Shown: piece after piece, positions 34,407 through 41,168 of the stretch
Layout of the letters: each line of letters opens with the position of its first letter
Position numbering within the stretch: position 1 is the first letter of the stretch
Made by a program: the position numbers and the translations under genes
Origin: an uncultured Gammaproteobacteria bacterium
Lineage (GTDB): Bacteria > Patescibacteriota > Patescibacteriia > CAYHOC01
DNA length: 41,168 nucleotides
Reading direction: 5' to 3'
Assembly: GCA_964358135.1 (NCBI GenBank)
Contig: CAYHOC010000001.1
Span: forward strand, 1 to 41,168
The notes under the pieces: model-generated
Database searches by the model: none
Seen by the model: only the letters and a program-made list of their open reading frames with translations
What the model was told of the DNA's origin: nothing

Positions 34407-35927
34407 TTAATCAATTAACCGCGGAAACAATTGTCCCGCTTTTGTTATTATACCACCTTCCGGGAGTAAGCCCCAGAGCTTGAGCTTTTCGGCCGGAGAT
34501 TCTTTAAAAGATTCGGCAACGCCAAGCGCGGATAGGATTTTTTCGGCGGTTTCCGGCATAAAGGGCAAAAGCAGAAGACCGATATGCCGTAAACTCTCCA
34601 GGAGGGTATAAATAACCCGCGCCAGACGGCCGGTATCGGTTTTGGCGAGCGTCCACGGCTGTTCGGCATCAATAAATTTATTAAGAAAATCAATTAAATC
34701 CCAGATGTCTTTCAGCGCCGCGTGCGTTTTTGTCTCAGACATATTGATGTCGTAAGATAACCACGTCGGTGAAATATTGCCTTCGCATTTTTCCGGGCAC
34801 TTGCCGTTAAAATATTTTTCCGTCATCGCCAGTATGCGGTTAACCAGATTTCCCAAGCCATTAGCCAGTTCGCTCGCGTATCTTTCCTTGAGACGCAAAA
34901 CGGAAAAATTGCCGTCTTCGCCAAGGGTGATCTCGCGAAGCAAAAAATACCGCAGAACATCGTTTCCGTATTTTTCGGCAAATTCAATCGGATCCAAAAT
35001 ATTCCCCAAACTCTTTGAAATTTTTATGCCATCAATAGTAAAAAATCCGTGAGCGAAAATTTTTTCCGGAAGCGGCAAACCGGCCGACATCAGCATTGCC
35101 GGCCAGAGGGCGCAATGGAATTTGATAATATCTTTTCCGACCAGATGCAAATCAGCCGGCCAGTATTTTTTGAATTTTTTTTCATCCGCGCCGTATCCCG
35201 CCGCCGTGAGATAATTGATGAGCGCGTCAAACCAAACATACAGCGCCTGACCATCCGCCCCTTTTCCGGCAATTTTCGGAACGGCAATCCCCCACTTTTG
35301 GCTCTCGCGCGAAATAGAAATGTCTTCCATAAAACCGCGGATATAACTCAAGATTTCATTTTGTCGGGAGGCCGGTTGGATAAAATCTTCGTTTTTGCCA
35401 ATATGATCCAAAAGCGCGTCGCGATACTTGGATAATCTGAAAAAATAATTGCGCTCTTTAATCTTTTTCGGCTCTTTCTGATGAATCGGACATTTGCCAT
35501 CCGCCAAATCTCCGGCCGGCACAAAGGCCTCGCAACCGGTACAATAATAACCCTCGTAAGTTCCAGAGTAAATATCACCCTCATCCCAAACGGCCTTAAA
35601 AAACTTGTTCACCCCGACCAAATGCCGCTCCTCGGTGGTGCGGATAAAATCGTCATTGGTGATGCCGAGCGAATCCCAGGCGCCGGCCCAAACCGCGGAC
35701 ATCTCATCCAGATATTTTTTGATATCCGGCTCGCCCTTCTTTTCCGCGGCCTCAATATTTTTTTGGCTGTTTTCATCGGTGCCGGTGACAAAATAAACAT
35801 CGCGGCCGTTAAAACGGTAATATCGCGCGAGCGTATCGGCGATGATCGTGGTATAAGCGTGGCCGATGTGCGGCTTATCGTTTACATAAAAAATCGGGGT
35901 GGTGATATAGAATTTATCTTTTTTCAT
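34407..35927 (-). CDS. metG: Methionine--tRNA ligase
   Basis: The HIGH region is PHIGHAYT and the KMSKS-type motif is KISKSLGN. It has a zinc knuckle, CTGCEAF...CPIH. The start is ATG 35927, codon 13 of the track ORF. Confidence 0.95.
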   Translation of the reverse strand: MKKDKFYITTPIFYVNDKPHIGHAYTTIIADTLARYYRFNGRDVYFVTGTDENSQKNIEAAEKKGEPDIKKYLDEMSAVWAGAWDSLGITNDDFIRTTEERHLVGVNKFFKAVWDEGDIYSGTYEGYYCTGCEAFVPAGDLADGKCPIHQKEPKKIKERNYFFRLSKYRDALLDHIGKNEDFIQPASRQNEILSYIRGFMEDISISRESQKWGIAVPKIAGKGADGQALYVWFDALINYLTAAGYGADEKKFKKYWPADLHLVGKDIIKFHCALWPAMLMSAGLPLPEKIFAHGFFTIDGIKISKSLGNILDPIEFAEKYGNDVLRYFLLREITLGEDGNFSVLRLKERYASELANGLGNLVNRILAMTEKYFNGKCPEKCEGNISPTWLSYDINMSETKTHAALKDIWDLIDFLNKFIDAEQPWTLAKTDTGRLARVIYTLLESLRHIGLLLLPFMPETAEKILSALGVAESFKESPAEKLKLWGLLPEGGIITKAGQLFPRLID

Positions 35928-35938
35928 ACGAAAACTGA

Positions 35939-36838
35939 CTAAATTAAAAATATTCTCTGGCAAAAAGCACTAATGCCGATTCCATTGGTATTATTAGTTT
36001 GAACTCTATATGCCGGAACATTATTAATATAAATTGTATAACCGACATTGGAGCCGCTGTCTTTTTTGGCAATTATCTCATCTTTCACCGCCGTTTGTTT
36101 TTCCGCGGATTTATAAATTACCACTCCCAAATTATTGGCAATGATTACGTATAAGTCTTCATCAAAACAATCAGTGATAAAATTTAAAAATTCTCTCTTC
36201 CTTTTGAGAGATAAGTTATTAAATGCATTAAAACAAATTTTATTCAGCAGTTTTTGATATTTTTTGCCGTTATTCTGCGCCCATCGCAACAGATTTTTAT
36301 TTTTCTTGGCTAACTTTTTCAATGCGTTATGTTTATCGAATTTTTTTCCAGTAACATTAAAAATATAATTACGCAGTTTCTGCCACATTTCATCTTGCCG
36401 CTCCTTAAAGCTAAAACCAAACCACTGCTCTAATTTTTTTAATCCGAGATTTTTTAACGTGCCAGCGCCGGATTCGGCGATGGATTTTATGGAAAATCGT
36501 GTCTTGTTCCTGCTCATATGTTCAGCGTCAACATCGGAAGTTGACTGTTCAATGACAAAATGTCGGCCGATCCAGGTAACGCCGATAATTTTACCCTTCC
36601 TGGATATCTCCTCGTCCAATATTTTCTTAATTTCGGGTTGAACTTTTAAAAGATTATTATTTTGCAACTGCAGCCGTTCTTTACCATCCGGTTTATTCAA
36701 TACCTGATTGGATAATTTAGCCAAATCATCGCTGTATGAAAAAGTGATATTGTATAAGTGGCAAATATACTGACAAACCAAAAGCTCGAAATAATCGGCT
36801 TGCGCTCGGTTGGATTTATTTTTATTCTTATTGGTCAT
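35939..36838 (-). CDS. Putative type II restriction endonuclease
   Basis: 299 aa. Its ATG lies 1 nt after the methyltransferase stop. A possible PD-(D/E)XK-like core is SDVD...FSIKS. The region is AT-rich (about 30% GC by eye). There is no other recognisable domain. Confidence 0.55.
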   Translation of the reverse strand: MTNKNKNKSNRAQADYFELLVCQYICHLYNITFSYSDDLAKLSNQVLNKPDGKERLQLQNNNLLKVQPEIKKILDEEISRKGKIIGVTWIGRHFVIEQSTSDVDAEHMSRNKTRFSIKSIAESGAGTLKNLGLKKLEQWFGFSFKERQDEMWQKLRNYIFNVTGKKFDKHNALKKLAKKNKNLLRWAQNNGKKYQKLLNKICFNAFNNLSLKRKREFLNFITDCFDEDLYVIIANNLGVVIYKSAEKQTAVKDEIIAKKDSGSNVGYTIYINNVPAYRVQTNNTNGIGISAFCQRIFLI

Positions 36839-36839
36839 A

Positions 36840-38294
36840 TCAGTTAAAATATTTTTCAACGATTTTATTTATATGAATCTGTTCATGCTCAAAGTTATAT
36901 TCTAAATTTTTATTCATACTTTTAATAATATCCTTAGAAATGGCAGCGATACTTTTTATATCATCATCCTTAAAATCCGGCATCGGCAACTTTTTAATAT
37001 CTCTGATCTGTATGGAATTGGTGTGATTGAGTAATTTAACCATTTTATTATAAATTCCACTATTTAAAAGTCCGACAAAAAATTCCGGCGGATGTTTTTG
37101 CGGGTCTTTTGGAAAAAAACACATTGCCTTATTGCTCTCCCAGAGCGCGCCGACTGTTGACAGTCGGGCGGTCAAACTAGAACAAATGCCCGAGATAATA
37201 AAACCGCGACGATATTCATTGATATTGAGATCTCGCGGCATCTTATAATGTCCGACTGATTCTTTGTCCCATCTTATGGCATATTCGGCTGGTAAATAGT
37301 ATTTATTATTCCCGCCTTTTTTGTGATAAAATTTCCATCTTTTGCCGTCGATATTTTTAACGGAAATTTTTTGATCAATGCCATTATTCTTAACATACTG
37401 TATTCCGCCGTAGTCGGCAATAGCTAAAAATTTATGATTATCGGTCGTATGCATTCCCAATCCGCCGTCTAAATAATTAACCATTTTTTTAAATTCATCT
37501 ATTTTTCCCAACAATTTTGCTCCACCATTAAAATCAAAAACACAATCCGGATATGATAGAATATTATTTTGAATCGTCTGATATTTCTTGCCATTATAAT
37601 CATCGACGTTATTTTCCCGACAATCATTAAAAATAACCACATGCTTATCGGCTGCTTTTTTATTGGTCAGATAAATAATGCTGGTATTTACCAATGCTCC
37701 GCTATCCTTAAACAGTCTTTTGGAACATAGGGTAATCTCATTGATGGTATAATTTCTTAATAAAAATTTTCTTAATTTTTTGTGAATACCCAATGTTAAA
37801 TAAGTATCGCTAATAATAAAACAAAGCTGGCCATTATCTTTCAGTAATTTACATCCCAAATATAAAAACATAGCATAGGTATCATTGGCTCCAATTTCCT
37901 TAAAAACATCACCCAGCTTATGCTTATTTTTCTTTATATAATCACTTTGTTTGTTTAAATAAGGCGGATTACCGACAATATGAGAAAATTGCTCACAACC
38001 AAAAAGAGAATCATTAGTAAAATTAGTACTTAAAAGAGTGTCTTTGATAACAATATTTTTTATACCTAATCCGGCTAATCCTTTTTTAACATCCGCATTT
38101 ATATCCCAAACAGTTATCTGATCAGACTTTAACAACTTATTTCTTAAGACTACGGAAACAAAAGCTCCATCGCCGCCGCTTGGCTCCAATAATCTGCTAT
38201 TTTTATCAAAATCGGTTAATCTGCCAACCATGTATTCAACCGTATGTATGGGCGTATAAAAAGCACCCAGTTGTCTCTGCGCCTGTTTATTCAT
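36840..38294 (-). CDS. N6-adenine DNA methyltransferase, gamma class (TaqI/Eco57I-like)
   Basis: It has GAFYTP near the N-terminus and the AdoMet motif LEPSGGDGAF before the catalytic VGNPPY. The large C-terminal region is a likely target-recognition domain. Confidence 0.85.
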   Translation of the reverse strand: MNKQAQRQLGAFYTPIHTVEYMVGRLTDFDKNSRLLEPSGGDGAFVSVVLRNKLLKSDQITVWDINADVKKGLAGLGIKNIVIKDTLLSTNFTNDSLFGCEQFSHIVGNPPYLNKQSDYIKKNKHKLGDVFKEIGANDTYAMFLYLGCKLLKDNGQLCFIISDTYLTLGIHKKLRKFLLRNYTINEITLCSKRLFKDSGALVNTSIIYLTNKKAADKHVVIFNDCRENNVDDYNGKKYQTIQNNILSYPDCVFDFNGGAKLLGKIDEFKKMVNYLDGGLGMHTTDNHKFLAIADYGGIQYVKNNGIDQKISVKNIDGKRWKFYHKKGGNNKYYLPAEYAIRWDKESVGHYKMPRDLNINEYRRGFIISGICSSLTARLSTVGALWESNKAMCFFPKDPQKHPPEFFVGLLNSGIYNKMVKLLNHTNSIQIRDIKKLPMPDFKDDDIKSIAAISKDIIKSMNKNLEYNFEHEQIHINKIVEKYFN

Positions 38295-38445
38295 ATAAGC
38301 AGATTATAGCACAAATTTTTGTTTTCAAAAATATCCGTGTTGATCTTTTTCTTGCGTAAAAAATGTTTATATTATAAAATAGAAATGTAAGTCGCGAAAC
38401 GACACCATAATTTTGAATTTTTTATCTTGAATCTTAAATGAAAAC

Positions 38446-39312
38446 ATGACCACCATCGGATACATTTTTGCCGACAATAAACTCCTGCCCGAGGATCGAG
38501 TATTTTTAAATTTGGCGCGGGAAAAAAATATTAAAGTAATTGTTTTTCCGTCGGCGAGATTTTTAAATTTGGCGCGCGTTAAAAATCTGGCAAGAAAATG
38601 CGCCGTGGTCTTAAATAACTCGGCCGAGCGGGAATCGCTGGAAATCGCCAAAGTAATTGAATCGGTGGGGACGCCGATCGTTGACCCGACGCGTTCGCTG
38701 TATTTTTATGAAGACAAATGGATGTTCTATGTCCATTGCAAAAAACATAATATCCCCACCCCCGAAACCTTTCTACTGCCGATCTCCATCAGTCAATGCT
38801 ACGAGCCGCTTGAGCGGCTGATAAAAAAGAGCGGCGCCGTCATCATCAAAAATATTTTCAGCGACAACGGCAAGTTTGTTGACCGCGCCAAAACCGTCAA
38901 GCAAGCCGTTGAGATGATAAGAAAATTTCGCAAGGGCGACCGGGCGCCCTTAATTGCTCAAGAATATGTCAAGGCCGCGCACAAAGTCTACCGCGTGATG
39001 GTTTTGAACGGGAAAGTTGTGCAGGCGATAATTAAAAAATCCAACAACTGGAAATGCACCGGCCGCTTTACCAAGGGCGATGTGCCGACTTTCCGTGTCA
39101 CGCCGAAACTGGAAAAAATGTGCGTCAGAATTTCCAAGATTTTGAATATCCCCTGGTGCGGGATAGATTTAATGCGCAAAAATCGCGAATGGACAGCGAT
39201 TGAAGCCAACTCCAGCCCGGGAATGGATTTTATCAGCGGCGATATTGAAAATCTTTATAAACAGCTTCTGAAATATCTGGTTTCCATCTCGGAAAAGTGG
39301 TGGAAGTTATAA
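38446..39312 (+). CDS. RimK-type ATP-grasp ligase
   Basis: 288 aa with IIKNIFSDNGKFV, LIAQEYV and AIEANSSPGMDF (the E-x-N-x-x-PG motif). It contains an in-frame 18-bp direct repeat at 38502-19 and 38559-76. Confidence 0.75.
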   Translation: MTTIGYIFADNKLLPEDRVFLNLAREKNIKVIVFPSARFLNLARVKNLARKCAVVLNNSAERESLEIAKVIESVGTPIVDPTRSLYFYEDKWMFYVHCKKHNIPTPETFLLPISISQCYEPLERLIKKSGAVIIKNIFSDNGKFVDRAKTVKQAVEMIRKFRKGDRAPLIAQEYVKAAHKVYRVMVLNGKVVQAIIKKSNNWKCTGRFTKGDVPTFRVTPKLEKMCVRISKILNIPWCGIDLMRKNREWTAIEANSSPGMDFISGDIENLYKQLLKYLVSISEKWWKL

Positions 39313-39371
39313 ATATTATTGCCCGCCTTTAGGCGGCTAAAATAGCCAGCTAAAGCTGGGTAATAAAAAAT

Positions 39372-39401
39372 AAAAAAAAGAGCCGTGATGGCTCTTTTTT
39401 T
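39372..39401. terminator. Bidirectional intrinsic terminator between convergent genes
   Basis: aaaaaaaAGAGCC-gtgat-GGCTCTtttttt. Confidence 0.8.
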
Positions 39402-39404
39402 GAC

Positions 39405-39611
39405 TTAAACTGACGGGATGTTGATTTTTTTATGGCAAGTCGGGCAGACAATGATCTCGCCCGGAGGCCCGGCGTGGGAGTCGGGGCAATTTTCTTGAAG
39501 CGCCCATAATTCCGCGCTTGTTTCAACTCTGGCGCGAAGATATTCCCGTTCCAGACGCTCCAATCTTCGCTCCAACCCGGCGAGATACAGTACAAAATCT
39601 TCTTTCGTCAT
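39405..39611 (-). CDS. Small hypothetical protein (68 aa), coiled coil plus C-terminal C/H cluster
   Basis: GAAGGTGG lies upstream of ATG 39611. The sequence is LERRLERLEREYL...CPDSH...CPTCH. A terminator follows directly. Confidence 0.5.
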   Translation of the reverse strand: MTKEDFVLYLAGLERRLERLEREYLRARVETSAELWALQENCPDSHAGPPGEIIVCPTCHKKINIPSV

Positions 39612-39654
39612 CTTTTCCACCTTCTGCGCATCTTCCCTCCGGAAAGAACCAACA

Positions 39655-39834
39655 TTATTTACCCGCTTTCGGATTTGACAGCCGAGCGGAAAAGATCTTC
39701 CTCAAAATGCGCCACATTTCCTCTTCGGTCAGTTCCGACGGCGGTAAATCTTCTTTTTTGATAAGACCCCTCACGAACGCGCGCAACTCTTTATCCGTCA
39801 TCTTAGCAAGGTCTTTCTTCGCCGGCTTGCTCAT
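39655..39834 (-). CDS. Small hypothetical protein (59 aa); not in the ORF track because it is under 60 aa
   Basis: GAGGAGG lies 6 nt upstream of ATG 39834. The translation is MSKPAKKDLAKMTDKELRAFVRGLIKKEDLPPSELTEEEMWRILRKIFSARLSNPKAGK, ending at TAA 39657-39655. Confidence 0.5.
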   Translation of the reverse strand: MSKPAKKDLAKMTDKELRAFVRGLIKKEDLPPSELTEEEMWRILRKIFSARLSNPKAGK

Positions 39835-39931
39835 CTTTCGCCTCCTCGGACTCGTCAGATTATATGAAATGAACGATACTGCTGTTTTTAATCATAGCGC
39901 CCAGATTTATTTCCGTCAACCCCCCGTAGAA

Positions 39932-39980
39932 CTATTCGCCTATTCCTGCCTACCGCAGGCAGGCGCGCGAATTAGAGAAG
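39932..39980. repeat. Short copy of the ctattcgcctattcc...ggcaggcgcgcgaattagagaag repeat
   Basis: Its ends are identical to those of 18361-18451. Internally it has a 7-bp hairpin, cctgcct-accgc-aggcagg. Confidence 0.85.
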
Positions 39981-40014
39981 GTTGAAACAAGGTTGAAATA
40001 AAAAATAAACTATT

Positions 40015-40686
40015 TTATCTCTTTCCGTCGATCACCACCACAAACTCCCCGCGGACGGCGGAGGCGGGAATCTTGGAACGGATGTCGCCGACGGTTCCGC
40101 GGTAGACGGTTTCAAACATTTTGGTCAGTTCGCGGCAGACGACGAGGCGGCGGTCGGGCGGTAAAAACTTTTCCAACTGCTCCAGCGCTTTCAAGATGCG
40201 ATGCGGTGATTCGTAAAAGACGACCACGCGACGCATCTCTGCGATTTCTTTGAAGAATTTCTCGCGGCCTTTTTTGTGCGGCGGAAATCCCAAAAATAAA
40301 AATTCATCGGTTGGAAAGCCGGAAATAGAAAGCGCGGCAATGGCCGCATTGGGCCCCGGAATCGGGACAATATTCAAATCAGGTATCAAAGACAACAGAT
40401 ATTGAATCAAACGATTGCCGGGATCCGATATTCCCGGTGTTCCGGCATCGGAGACCAGCGCCAATTTATTGCCCTGCTTTAGCAGTCCTGCGATATAATC
40501 CATTTTGGTGAGTTTACTGTGTTCGTGATAACTCACGGTCGGCGTTTTGATTTCAAAATGGCTCAAAAGCTTTTTTGTGACGCGCGTGTCTTCGCATAAA
40601 ACAAAATCAACCGAACGCAGAATATCCAGCGCGCGCTTGGAGATATCGTCAAGATTTCCGATGGGGGTGGCGGTGATGTATAACAT
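40015..40686 (-). CDS. rsmI: 16S rRNA (cytidine1402-2'-O)-methyltransferase
   Basis: LYITATPIGNLDDISKRALDILRSVDFVLCEDTR is the typical RsmI N-terminus. ATG 40686 is preferred to the track TTG at 40701. Confidence 0.9.
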   Translation of the reverse strand: MLYITATPIGNLDDISKRALDILRSVDFVLCEDTRVTKKLLSHFEIKTPTVSYHEHSKLTKMDYIAGLLKQGNKLALVSDAGTPGISDPGNRLIQYLLSLIPDLNIVPIPGPNAAIAALSISGFPTDEFLFLGFPPHKKGREKFFKEIAEMRRVVVFYESPHRILKALEQLEKFLPPDRRLVVCRELTKMFETVYRGTVGDIRSKIPASAVRGEFVVVIDGKR

Positions 40687-40718
40687 AAAGTTATGAATCA
40701 AGAATTACGAATTATGAA

Positions 40719-41168
40719 TTATGAAACCCTAATTCTTAATTCCTCTTTCTTTAACAAGGCGTCTTTTATCAGCGCGTCAACATTAAGCTTTTCTTCCTCT
40801 CCAAGTATATCAGCAAGTTCCGCTCTCGTCTCCGGATGTTTCGGTAAAAATAAGCTGCAACAGTCGCTATGGGGCAAAATTGAGATATCGTAAGTCCCGA
40901 TTTTTTTCGCCTCGGCGATAATTTCCGATTTGTCATATCCAATCAGCGGACGGAAGACCGGTAGAGTGGCGACAGCATCAACGACATTGATATTCGGCAA
41001 TGTCTGCGAGGCCACTTGCCCGACGCTCTCACCGGTAATGAGCGCCAACATTTGATTTTCGTCGGCGATTCGCTCGGCGATTCGGAACATCATCCGCCGA
41101 TATAAGAGAACGCGAAGCTTGACCGAACACTTAGCCACGATTTCTTTTTGAATTTCGGCGAGCGGGAC
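40719..41168 (-). CDS. thiI: tRNA 4-thiouridine synthase ThiI, C-terminal part; 5' end lies outside the window
   Basis: The frame is open to the window edge. ITGESVGQVASQT, RPLIGYDKSEII and the catalytic SDCCSLF are ThiI PP-loop domain motifs. Confidence 0.85.
   Translation of the reverse strand, partial: VPLAEIQKEIVAKCSVKLRVLLYRRMMFRIAERIADENQMLALITGESVGQVASQTLPNINVVDAVATLPVFRPLIGYDKSEIIAEAKKIGTYDISILPHSDCCSLFLPKHPETRAELADILGEEEKLNVDALIKDALLKKEELRIRVS

Noticed and set aside
38446-39834. A graspetide-type RiPP cluster (ATP-grasp ligase plus the small ORFs at 39405-39611 and 39655-39834).
   Set aside because: The small ORFs are convergent to the ligase and separated from it by a bidirectional terminator. 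They also lack the repeated Thr/Ser...Asp/Glu core motifs of known graspetide precursors. The evidence is not sufficient.
1-41168. A CRISPR array, a prophage or integrase, transposase genes, or alternative genetic code (UGA recoding).
   Set aside because: The dispersed repeats are not regularly spaced with unique spacers. No integrase, transposase or phage structural genes were found. Several well-conserved genes (uvrD, nrdJ, xseA, the methyltransferase) end at TGA at the expected length, which supports the standard code.

Overview
This 41.2-kb window is mostly housekeeping genes from what looks like a small-genome bacterium of about 40-45% GC. The gene content resembles Patescibacteria/CPR, but that placement is inference only. 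Confident calls are secA, thpR, a GT26 glycosyltransferase, four aminoacyl-tRNA synthetases (gltX, serS, lysS, metG), adk, greA, xseB/xseA and a UvrD/PcrA helicase. Also confident are a cyclophilin, tgt, a PQQ-type sugar dehydrogenase, tRNA-Pro(CGG), a class II ribonucleotide reductase, rsmI and the 3' part of thiI. From about 9.9 kb onward most genes are on the minus strand. The main observations are: (1) An ORF-free, GC-rich, heavily structured ~720-nt RNA gene lies on the minus strand at 991-1712. It has a near-consensus promoter and an intrinsic terminator, and I cannot assign it to any known RNA family. (2) A 371-aa LAGLIDADG intein splits the NPCGE active-site motif of nrdJ. (3) Several families of short GC-rich palindromic or MITE-like repeats are scattered through the window. 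Some bracket single genes, some supply and sequester Shine-Dalgarno sequences (secA, GT26 gene), and some sit in frame inside essential genes (secA, tgt, uvrD). (4) tRNA-Pro is wrapped in nested inverted repeats. (5) A low-GC type II restriction-modification pair sits immediately upstream of metG. (6) An HNH-nuclease fusion protein of unknown function lies next to a DEDD exonuclease. No CRISPR array, rRNA, integrase or transposase was seen.
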